Below, one piece after another: positions 52,431 to 64,000 of a stretch of DNA of 64,000 nucleotides. The DNA comes from Epiperipatus broadwayi. Its lineage: Eukaryota; Animalia; Onychophora. Every line of letters begins with the position of its first letter. Within the stretch, counting starts at the first letter, position 1. Both the position numbers and the translations under genes were made by a program. The stretch covers positions 23,746,001 through 23,810,000 of the forward strand of contig JAQFVV010000003.1 in the NCBI GenBank assembly GCA_028023455.1. Reading direction: 5' to 3'. The notes below the pieces were generated by a model. It ran no database searches. It was not told where the DNA came from and worked only from the letters and a program-made list of their open reading frames with translations.

Positions 52431-53339
52431 AATCGATGATTAATTCCTATGTTGAATTTATTAAAAATATTACCATGTTGAAATACATATTTTCTATTAG
52501 TCAAAATATAAACCAATTCTGTTGTATCTTTATTTGGATGATTCCACGTTCATTTCTGTTTAACATTTTTCTCAAAAAAAGAATTCACAATATAATTTTT
52601 TTTCTTTTTCTGCAAACTCCACAAGTCTATGACTTTTCTAATTTCTATTACCATAATCAAATTTGTCTACAGCACTTTCATCTTTCAATTGTTTACCAAT
52701 TCTAGCATTAAAGTTTCCCATAATAATTTTAAAATGTTATTTTGTCTGAACGACTTTTAAAATTATAAATTAATAACTTAGAGTTAAGACAAACAAGTAA
52801 ATAATTCACTTGAGTCAAATGTGTAAAAGAAAGATGATTTGATATATATTTTTGAAGAAATTATTTAGTAATTCCTTAAAAAAAAAAGACATTAAAAGAA
52901 TATATACTTTCAATATTGAATTAATTAGAAGATAACATTATTGTAACAAGTTGAAATAGATAGAAGCCAGTGTGTGTGTATACGTGCACACTCATATATG
53001 TAAAATTTTAATATTTTTTTGATTAAATGTCAATTCTTTTTTTTTAATATTAATTGTATATTATAAATCGCACGTTTGTGTGCACATATATGTAAATCAA
53101 TGTAACAATTTAAATGTTGAATAGTAATTATTTAAATCTCAATGTGATTATTTGAAATTTTGTATTGTAATCAAAATCAGAAAGCTTATATGTGTGTAAT
53201 TTTATTTTTATAAGACCTTAAATTCATTTTTTATTGTTATTATTAATAAACTTATTTAATTGTTAAAAATTGTTTCCATCATCTCTTGGTCACATACAGT
53301 AATAGAGCTTGTGTTCTCTGAGCTAGATTCATGCACCGG

Positions 53340-53650
53340 ATGAATTTATGAAAGGGGGTGTATATTTGGTGCTTTTGAGGCATCCAGAGATGGTCAATCA
53401 TCATCCTTGTTGGTACAAAAGTGATTACTCTTTAAAGCCCATGCTCTATCTTTAATTTTAATTTAGTTTTATTAGAAGTTAAGTTTATAGTTGACCAGTA
53501 CAAATGGCCTGAACATTGATGATGATTAGCATGTTTTAATGTCCCAGCATTATTGTTTGATTCTTATGTATTCTGATGGATGAGCACTTAAGTGGTGCAT
53601 CTAAGTTATGTTTAAATAATTGCCCAAGCTGGCAAAGGCTCAATAGTTAA
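53340..53650 (-). mobile_element. Decayed Penelope-like GIY-YIG endonuclease C-terminus
   Basis: Minus strand translates to TLKHANHHQCSGHLYWSTINL...RAWALKSNHFCTNKDDD, resembling the PLE pattern H..GH..DW...E.W.I...NKDDG. Confidence 0.45.
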
Positions 53651-56522
53651 CCTGGTCTACAGAAGACCCATTTCCAATCCAGTCATGAGGTTGACTGTTG
53701 ATTTATATTTTTTATTGTTCAAATCCAGCCACCAGATGGACTGTTGATTTTATTATATATTGTTTAATTGATTGATCATTCAGGATGAATGGTTATTTTA
53801 TTATAATTACTTTTATTTATAATGCTGGTTGATATATGATTGATGTATAGTTTTTTTAGTTGCTCTTCTGAGTTAACAGGCTAATCTCTCAATTATCTCA
53901 GAGATCTCTTGATCTCATGCTCCCCTTAAATATTTTATACTTATATATACTTTGTAAATTATTGATATTTCATTTTAAATTTACTTGGGGTTGTTGATTT
54001 TCCCCATCATCCAGTTCAGCCCTTCTTTATATATATCTACCACCTCCATCCCGTTACAATATATATATAGTTTTTCCCCAATATATTTCAATTTTTTTTA
54101 TGTAGTCTATCTTAGCTAGAAGATAAAATATAAGAATGGAAAAACATGCTAAAATATAAGAATGGAAAAACATGTTTTCACATTACCCTTCAACTGGCAA
54201 ACATGCCGAGTCCTGTATTTTTCTTCATTGTTTCTTTAGGAGGAACTGTTAGTGAAGCTTGTATAGTCAATATGTAAAGCCCGTTTTACTTGCCTTACCT
54301 TAAATATATGTTACAAGCATCCTTCTTCCCCATTTTTCTCTTCTATATCAATAAACTTCTGTGTTTGTTTTTGTTTAATCCTGTAACTTATCTATACACT
54401 GCTTGGAATGATTGTTGGTTAAAAAGGTGACCAGCAGTAATGTGGACAATAATCGTTATTATAATAATGTATCTTAGAACGGTATGAAAAACAAAGCAGA
54501 TGATAGGTTCTCTGTATACAATATTATTCATATGATTGCCGAGAATCGATATTAACATTGTATTTAATAATAATGACAAAAATATATAATATATTTATTT
54601 GAAAATTTAAATATAGACAGTTAGTTGAACAAATAACTGTTTTGTTGAAAAATATTTACAAAAAGAATTTATTAACAAGTGGAAACCAAATTGAATTAAG
54701 TATCTTGTTTATTTTACAGTGAAAAAAAATTAAAGAGAAATGTTTATAATTAGAGCTCAACTGAAAATTTCTGGATCAGCAATATTTACTAAATAGAGTG
54801 CCTATTAAAACTCTTTCAGCAATGAATCTCTCTCTCTTTTTTTTTTTTTAAAAAAAATATATATATATATTCTCTTTACAGGCTTACTTTGCAAATAAAA
54901 TTTTAAATAACCAAGCCAAACGACGTTGTTGTTTTTTTTAATTAAAAAAACAACATCATCATAGACACGTAATTCTAAAAACGACCGTTGCAACACTTAA
55001 ATGGCTGTATAGGAAGGAACTCAGAATTCATACTAAAAAAATTAAAATTGTTTTAACGATTAAAGTTTTACCATTTTTGCATGTATTGGCTTTGTGAAAG
55101 AAAAAAAAATCTTCAAATTTCTACAATTTTATGACTCTTTAAACTTATTCATTTATTAAATAGCCTTTTCTGTAAATGGTCAGGTATCTAATTATTATTC
55201 TTATAATCTGAGATTTGAATTCAAATGCTTTGAACTTTGGAAATTTTTTCAATATGCAATCATTCTTATAACCTGAAGTTTGAATATAGATCCAGTGAAG
55301 TTTGGAAATTTTTTCCAAATATAGTTTCCTCTATAAATAGTGAGTGTATCTCCCTGCCATTCTTATAATTTGGGATTTGATTTGAGGTACAAATAAATAT
55401 TAAATTTTTTTTCAGATTATAAAAGTTAGGATTTTTTTTAGGTACCATTCAACTATGCATTTGGGATTATCAGATGAGAGTATTGGCAAGCCAATTAAAA
55501 AACAATGAATATGATTGTAAGGTGATGAAACCTTTATCACTGATAGGGAAGACACCATATTCTTATGGGTACTGAATTGATAGTGTATATTTAACTTAAG
55601 GTCCTCATGGAATGATGATTAATGTATTTGTCTTTCATGCCCATAACCTGAGGCAAAGTGAATTTTTAGAATTTTTTTCATGTCACATATCTCAAAATAA
55701 GGTCTAACTGACTATCTAATTGTTGGTAAAGGATATATAGCTATTATCTGGTATGCAGAAGTTCTAATGTCAATGGACTAAATATGGCATAGAATATTTT
55801 TGTAATATGAGAGCTGTTTTCATGACTGGGGTGGAAGATATTGTACATGTAGCATAGTTCACTTTTATCATTTCTGCATGAGAATAAAGATGTTTTGTTT
55901 TTACTTGTATATCTAAATTTTGTTAGTTTATCTTTAATATCAAGGCTCCATTCTTTTTTTTTTATGGGCAATTCTATCCTCAAATTTTTGACATTATTAT
56001 TTTTTCTCACAAAGTATTCAAAAAATATTTACTCTTAACTTTTTCTATAGGTATAACTCCATTTTCCATTAGCTTTGTTCTTTAATTTATGAGTTCCTTT
56101 TTGTATCTTTTAATATTATACTCAGTTTATCATTGTTCTTCTAAAATTATTTAAGTTCAAGCTTTTACTGAATATATTCTCATGTTAAACAGCTAGACTT
56201 TAACTGTGCTCACAAAATTTTTGAAATAAGCTTTCATTGAAATTTGTTGATTTCATGCAATTTCATGCAATAATAAAGTAGCAGATTTTAGAGCTCAAGA
56301 TCCATGGCTTGTGGACCATATCACTTCCCATGCCAAATTTTTTTAAGTATTTCAATTACTTTATTGAAACATGATTATTTTATTTCTAATGCAATTTCTG
56401 CTCCATTTGAATTATTTTTTTAAAAAAAAAAACGTTTTACAAAAAAATATTTTTCAGCTTTTTAATTTACAGAGTAAATAAAATTTATAATTAAGTTTAC
56501 AAGATTTTTGTTGCCTTAATAA

Positions 56523-56900
<378 letters not shown>

Positions 56901-57569
56901 TATTTATATCAACAGCATAGCTATCTAAAATTGTAGCAGTTTTATTTTTCAAATTAATTCCAATTCTTTTCAAGTTGAATTTTTTTCTATCATATTTATT
57001 ATTTGGTATTCATTCAAGAGAGATAGCTAGTCTCTTTTTTTTGTTCTTATTATTTTCCAGTCCATTTTCACATAAGCTCTTTAATATTTTAACTTATATT
57101 TTATTGGATTTAAGTAGTCTTTCTGTGTAAACATGGACTCATGATCAGTTTCAATAATCCATGGATTGAAAAAGTTGTAAATAAAAAATAAAAAATTCAA
57201 AAATTTGGATTCATAAATTTCAGGTGTGCATTCACTTGTATAAATGCAATCACAAATAATCTACCATCAGCCATTTGCTCAAGTTACAAATCAAGTTATT
57301 TATGTGAATACACTTTCTCTTTCTCACTTTATTATTGAACTATCTTTTCCATAACTGTTTCATTCCATTATTATTATTGTTATTCATAAGGAGGATGAGG
57401 AGGAAGAAGAAGATGCTATAATGATAGTGAATGTAACAAATGCTCTTCTGCATTTTAGTCCAATAAATCTTAAATTCTAAGATTTGAATATTGTATAAAT
57501 AATTTTAAAATAAAATCTGCTGAAACTGTTTGAAATTATATTTTCCAGCAATGGCTCCTTTCATCATCA

Positions 57570-57990
57570 TGTAAAATCAATAATAAATAAATCCCTCAAG
57601 GTAGTGGGAACTATTTACAGATATGTTAATGCTTTTGTATACTCCATTAAATACGAACTTTTTCCATCTTTGTTTTTTCCTATGTTAGAATTTGGATCAG
57701 TTTTATGGAATCCATATTCAAAAAGAGACACAAGTAGAATACAATTACTTTTAAAAAAAAGTTTCTAAGTTTTGTGAACTGAAAAATTGACTGTAATATA
57801 TCTGTTTTAGAAAGGAGAAAAGCTAGGATATGAAATTTTTATGCAAAGTCATTACTGAAAAAAAAATTATTATAATATGATTCAAAACTGCATTTGAATT
57901 ATTGTCAATATAAAACTCATGCCCATAATTATATCTTCACGAAACTTGAAATGATACATTAAAATTTCTCCCCTTTTTTCATCTACCTAA
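57570..57990 (+). mobile_element. CR1/Jockey-type LINE 3' fragment
   Basis: PMLEFGSVLWNPYSKRDTSRIQ (cf. LEYAS.VW.PY) and LERRK motifs. Confidence 0.65.
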
Positions 57991-58289
57991 TACCTACAAT
58001 TCAGATTTTATTAGTGAAAATATTTTTCCAACTTAATATTAATAAAAATTTTAAAGGTTTTTAAAAAATATGTATAATGTATGATTAGTGATTTTTTTTT
58101 ATTACTTCCCTGAAAGATATAGTAAATATCTTTTTTTATTTTTATGTGCAATCTGCAATTGGCATTTGGCTGCAGATGTGTGCATTAAATAAAGAATTGA
58201 ATAATAATAATAATAGTAGTAATAATAAAAATGAGAAGAAGAAGGAGGAGGAGGACGAAGAAGAAGAAACAATAGAATCTGCTGCTGCT

Positions 58290-59900
58290 TCTTTGGAGAG
58301 GAATTGGTAATCCAGGTGGCATTTTCTTTAAACTTGTTTTGTAAGGTATTCTTCATTATGAGGCCATGTAAAATGGGGATCCTAAAAAAAGAAGTTGCCT
58401 TTCCCTGGGTTATTTGAGTGTATGGTTTGTTGGTGTATATAAATCATGCTGCTGTTTTATTCATGTTAAATCTAAGTGTATACATGGCAGTCAGTATATT
58501 GATTGATGATGTTTTGCAATATGATGAGGTGCTTACGAGATGGCAGGAAAACAATGGTATCATCCATGTATGCTATGCATGGGATGTATTGGTGAGTATG
58601 TATAATTTGGATACCTGAAAATGTCTGTTGTATATGTATAGGGGATTTATGTAGAAAATGAAAGGCAGTACACTAGTGAGTCTTGGGAGATGGATTGTGT
58701 AGGAGTGAATAATAATGAACTTTTGCCATTAAGAGTGATATGTCTCTCTGCTTTGCAATAAGTTGGTAATTAAGTAAAGCAAATTACTTGGAATGGTAGT
58801 GTTAGCTAGCATATCAATCAAAATGGGAATAGATACAAAGTCAAATTCAGATTCTATATTTAGCTGAACTGCAATCGGAGCATATTTTTTTAGTCTTCAA
58901 CTTAGTTCAAGACTGCTTTAAACATCAGAGCAGCCTGTATGGCAGAAGAGTCTTTGTTTTCAAACTGCATATTGAAAATTAGAAAAGGTAGGTGTCACTC
59001 ATAGATTATTCTTTACAACTTTTTCCAATTCAGTGGGCCCATGGAAATTTGGTGAAAGTTGATAAGAGCAGAGGTTAAGCCTGGTTTTTTGGTAAATGGT
59101 ACAAGTGAGATTGGATATAGACCTTTGATGTCATATATCCTTTGGGATAGATAATTTGCAGCACACAGAGGTATAATCAGTAAAGTGCCTAAGATGAGCA
59201 AAAACAAAAGAAAGGATTCCATTGGAACTGGGTCACATGAGTTATTTATAGTGGCAATCTTGTCAGCAAATTGTGTGGTTTGGATTTGGGAATTGTTATC
59301 ACATGACTCAAATAAGTCTGAAGGTGGTGTGAATACATTGTGAATGTGGAACTTCTGGTTGAAATATTGATATACAGGATTAATCATGTTATAGCTTGCA
59401 CACATATTAACATATACTTGGAATGCCATAGGTTAAAATTCACTTATTTAATATATTCATAATGACTAAGATTACATATTATTCACCTAAATAAATCTGC
59501 CATCTCCTCCCTCTGCAATAAGCTACTATAGGACAGGAGAACAGTTTCAATCTCAGCTAAGAGACTTAGTTGCCCACCCATTAATAATGGTCTGGGCCTC
59601 CACAGCACCCAAGTATTCTACATCCCAAAAGCCATAAATTCAATTGCATCAATTGTTCAAAAGTTCCCATCACTACGATCACTGTTACAAATAATCCCTA
59701 TTGTTAGACCTCTCTCTAAATCAGCTTCATTTCTCATCACACTTTACCAATCAATCCAATTAGCATTTAATTAATCAACATTCTCCATGACTAATAAATG
59801 CACATACGGCAAACATATGATATACTATATCTGAAGCCAACAAAAGATTATCTTTCTCCCATGCTTGGTATCAATAACCTTCAGCTACCCACTCCTTCAA
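58290..59900 (-). mobile_element. Decayed L2/CR1-type LINE ORF2
   Basis: ORF 59013-59429 (FADKIATI; YPISLVPFTK), AYMDDT catalytic motif at ~58557-58573, LRFNMNKT, DPHFTWPH. Confidence 0.75.
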
Positions 59901-60294
59901 AAGACAATGCCTAAATTTTTTGATTTTCTACTTTGTCTTAACCTACATGCATTCCCAACATTGCATTTTCTTTGGTATTGCCAGCTATATAAAAATATAA
60001 ATTCATTCTGCATCTTAGATCATACGACAAAGGAAACTCAAAAACACCACTTTCAGCAGTGTCAACCCTCAAACAAATCAGGACTATTATGCTAAATACA
60101 TACAGACAACCAGTTGCATCTATATAACAGATAATTCAATCCTATCAGAAGATACACCCTCCCACAGCATGTGCAATAGCTTTCACCCTTTATACCTACT
60201 GGTGCACTCACTGCATCTCCACTATTGGCAACAATACCAGAAAACACCCAGCTAAATTTATCAGTAGGACAACAATATTGCACCCCCAGATATT

Positions 60295-60355
60295 TTTGCT
60301 GCCATCTGGCCACTACTAAAACAATAATTTGCTGCCATCTGGCCACTACTAAAAC
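60295..60355. repeat. 33-bp tandem duplication
   Basis: TTTGCTGCCATCTGGCCACTACTAAAAC at 60295 and 60328. Confidence 0.9.
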
Positions 60356-60900
60356 CATCCAATCTATAATAGGTCATAATCCAACAATAACCACATTGAA
60401 TAGCATTCAATGGCACCATCCATTACTCTTAATAAAACTCAACTAATTGCCTTCAACACCACCTGACTACATAATATACTCCCCCATTTATTGTAATCTA
60501 CCAGCTGACACCATATGTAATTCTACTCTGAATTGACTTTGTTCTTTGTACAGCATCCATAGTTTTATTTTATGCTACATGAATTATAAGTTACCTCCCT
60601 AGTATACTACAATATTAATAATTAAAAGAACAATAATCAAGATTAATTTAATGTCTGCAAATAACTTTCAATATGATACCAGATTTTATAACCTTGGTTA
60701 TATCTATCTATTTATGAAACTGAATTTTATATTGAACTGTTTTTTTAAGACTTGTAATGATTAAACTTGATATCCATCCCTCCAGAACTTCCTACTCAAA
60801 TTTCCCTTTCTGCTTGGAGTGAGACATGTCATCAACCCCTGCCTTTCCTTACACAGGAACACTATCTTCAACCTTCAAGAGTGAATCAAAAACTATTGGA

Positions 60901-60988
60901 CCTAACTCGCTCTCTCAAAACCAGAAATATCAAACTAGCCCCACCTAACTCGCTCTCTCAAAACCAGAGATACCAAACTAGATCCACC
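60901..60988. repeat. 43-bp tandem duplication
   Basis: CCTAACTCGCTCTCTCAAAACCAGA at 60901 and 60944. Confidence 0.9.
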
Positions 60989-61714
60989 TCTGCTTTTCAC
61001 AGACACTTGGGCAATCTTCCAACTCCCATCCTCTCAGCCTGTCACAGGACTCAACCTTTAAAATGTTTATGACCCTTGTGGTTGCTCACTCAACAAAGAT
61101 GTGCATCTTGGACTTCCAACAGAGACTCTTCTTGGCCTGGACTATACACCCTTTCCACTTCCCATTCCCACTTTATATGTATCTTTTCTCTCTCACCATG
61201 TTGCTCCTGAATTTTCATTTTACCATGTTATTACTCCTTTAACATTTCCTAACTGTATTTGTATCTGGTTTTTTTGATTAATAAACTTTCATCACTGAGA
61301 AAAAAAAACTTGATACTCTGTATGAAAACTAGTAGCAGCATTTGTAAAAAAAAAAAATACCATGAAACTTGATTGCTGTAACGTTTGAAATTAATCCATA
61401 TAAAAACCTGTACAACATGATTGCACGTGAAACCCTTACAATCAGTGTTATGTAATAATGCTATTAATAAAGATTATTGTTGAATCATCATCATAATAAT
61501 AGTAATTATTATTATTTTACATTTCTTCTCCTGTTCATAAACACAGAGAATTAATATCTCCCAATTTATGGCCTCATGATGCATGTCATTGCTGACTTTC
61601 TCTTTACTCCTCACCTTTTTTGCCTTTTTATTTGATTTGCTTTATTTTCATTATTTTCTTGATTAATATGGCCTGTCTGTGTTGTTTCCTGATTAATATG
61701 ACCTGTCTGTGTTG

Positions 61715-63530
61715 TTTTTATATAAATATTAGAGGGATGCAAACCAAATGTGCTAAAATTAAAGAATTCTTGGGAATGGAACACTTTAATATTATATTTC
61801 TTATAAAAACTTAGTTAAGTCAACAATTTTGTGATTGTTATTTCCTTAATAATAGATTTAATATTTTAAGAACAGACAGATCTATGGAAAATGTTACTTG
61901 AGGAGGTGGTGTTCTTATTGCTATTCATAATTATAATTTTTATAAAGATCTTCAGTTCTTCTTTTTGTGAATCTACATGGTGTGAAATTACAATTTTAAA
62001 TTTATCTTAGAAAATATATATCTTAAACCAATTTTCTCACTTTTATAATTTAAATATCTTTTGACCTCATTTGAAGATTTTTTGATTGGCTATAATAATA
62101 TTATTATTACTGCTTAATTTAAACATTCCAGATTTATTTCAGAATAGAATTACTACACACTTAATTTGTCTCCTATAGCTTTTAGATGTTAAGGTTTTGT
62201 AAATTTTTTGGGCTTAAGCAATATAACCCATTTGTTAATTCTTCTCAACACACTTTAGACTATGTTCTATGTAATTCATTAGCAGGCAGTAATTTTCATT
62301 TTATTTCTGTTACTTTTTCTATTGTTGATCACCATCCATCTATTGAGTTTTATATTAAGATATGTCATTCAAAAGTTATTTATTCTAATATTAATATTTA
62401 CTAAGGCTGTAGGAATAAGCGTCTGAAAAATTCAAAGGTAGGGACCTCTACAGGTCTTAGCCACAAGCTTACGCTAGGAAGAAAAGAGGGAAACCCCTCT
62501 TTACTTCAACTTACTTTTATATATGAATAGGTGAAGCTGAAGTGGTTAGATCTAAGAGTGTGAAGCTATTCAATACTTCACTAATTAAGTCCACAATTCT
62601 TATCATACATTAATACTCACAAAATCTTACAATTTACAATGAGTCAATGGAAAGATTTTATAGTAAGAAATCTATTACGATAATTTAAAGTTGTAATTAT
62701 AAATTTTATTAAACGCACATTATTATATTATGTAATATTTACTAAGTCTGTAACCTTTAGGAATAAGCATCTGAAAAATTCGAAGGTAGGGACCTCTACA
62801 GGTCTTAGCCACAAGCTTATGCTAGGAAGAAAAGAGGGAAACCCCTCTTTACTTCAACCTACTTTTATACTTTAAACTTTGAATTTTTCAGACGCTTATT
62901 CCTAAAGGTTACAGCCTTAGTAAATATTACTTAATATAATAATGTGCATTTAATAAAATTTATAATTAGAACTATAAATTATCGTAATAGATTTCTTACT
63001 ATAAGATCTTTCCATTGACTCATTGTAAATTGTAAGATTTCATGAGTATTAATGTATAATAAGAATTGTGGACTTAATTAGTGAAGTATTAAATAGCTTC
63101 ACACTCTTAGATCTAACCACTTCAGCTTCACCTATTCATATATAAAAGTAGGTTGAAGTAAAGAGGGGTTTCCCTCTTTTCTTCCTAGCGTAAGCTTGTG
63201 GCTAAGACCTGTAGAGGTCCATACCTTCAAATTTTTCAGACGCTTATTCCTAAAGGTTACCGCCTTAGTAAATATTACTTAATATAATAATGTGCGTTTA
63301 ATAAAATTTATAATTATTCTAATATTTTAAAAGAGATTATAGGAAAGATAATTATGTTGATTTTTGCAATAAATTTTCTAAATTGGAATTCATTGTATTC
63401 CTATAATGATGTGAATCATTGCTTAGATTATTTGTTTCAGATTTTTAATAGTTTTATTGATTTATATATTCCCAGTAAATTCTCTTTCCATAAGGCCCCA
63501 ATCCTAGGTTTCATACCCTTTCATTAAGAT
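61715..63530 (+). mobile_element. CR1/Jockey-type LINE endonuclease region, interrupted by the 62393-63313 insertion
   Basis: YINIRGMQTK, NIIFLIKT*L (cf. DII.LTETWL), RTDRS..GGGVLIAI, TLDYVLCN and VDHHP; the sequence resumes after the TSD at 63314. Confidence 0.85.
62393..63313. mobile_element. TATA-hairpin family element 2: 348-bp unit, ~1.35 units inverted plus ~1.25 units direct, 37-nt tail, 13-bp TSD
   Basis: TTATTCTAATATT at 62380-62392 and 63314-63326. GGGACCTCTACAG at 62441 and 62789. CAGACGC at 62889 and 63237. Confidence 0.92.
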
Positions 63531-63559
63531 TATTAAAAGGAAATTTTAACATCACAGAC

Positions 63560-64000
63560 TCTATTTTAAAACACAGAATATCTCTTTTTATTTAATAATA
63601 TGCTAATGCATTGAAGGTGAAACTATTCCACACAACAATTTATTTAGGCTGAGCACTTTCAGAGTTTCATTACTCCATAATCATAGCCTTGTAGATTGTC
63701 AACGTAATTGTATGTAAATATATGCAAAAATATTTTTTTATATTATCCATTTTCTGGAAATGGCAAAGCAAATGTCTTTTCTATTTATAAAGTTGGTGTC
63801 ACTGGTAATAAAACAAGCTTCCTTGATCTTTGTCTTGATGTCATTCCTCTCTGTACATAATATATCAGTTTTGGAGGGATAAACATATTGATAAGCTCTC
63901 GCTGGTCTTTTTATAATAATTTTATTAATTTCAGAAGATTGTCTAAACATATTTTACAAAAGAGATTTACAAAATTATATTAAAAAACTGAATTTAATAT
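63560..64000 (-). mobile_element. 3' end of a Penelope-like retroelement: GIY-YIG C-terminus, then a variant hammerhead (63647-63688)
   Basis: ORF 63738-63950 ILCTERNDIKTKIKEACFI..NFINRK..ISRKW matches the PLE pattern IL..E...R.IKEA..I...INR...LS..W. Downstream GGCT-ATGATTA-T-GGAGT aatgaa ACTCT-GAAA-GTGC-TC-AGCC, then AATAAA. Confidence 0.75.

Noticed and set aside
58102-58356. ORF with poly-L/P/S/Y tracts
   Set aside because: Product of adjacent trinucleotide runs.
62905-62945. GGTTACAGCC as a twister ribozyme
   Set aside because: It lacks one A of the GGUUACAAGCC motif and the downstream GAG and pseudoknot partners, and is not conserved as such in elements 1, 3 and 4.

Overview
AT-rich, CpG-depleted eukaryotic DNA, probably an invertebrate animal; the species cannot be determined from the sequence. 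I found no convincing intact protein-coding gene. The window is a graveyard of transposon relics: L1/Tx1, RTE and CR1/L2/Jockey LINEs, pogo/Tigger, mariner, a SPIN/OC1-like hAT and two Penelope GIY-YIG fragments. Its most striking content is a dense set of small non-coding elements with Penelope-type insertion geometry: head-to-head arms, one arm about 32-53 nt longer, and 11-15 bp target-site duplications. These fall into three groups. (i) tRNA-headed elements carrying minimal type-I hammerhead ribozymes. (ii) Hammerheads with a compensatory A3-U8 core instead of C3-G8. (iii) A four-copy family with no hammerhead I could find; its three long copies have 333-365 bp tandem units sharing a CTTCAG-TATATAA-covarying-hairpin module, and all four copies have a small hairpin near the shorter end. 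All alignments and folds were done by eye.
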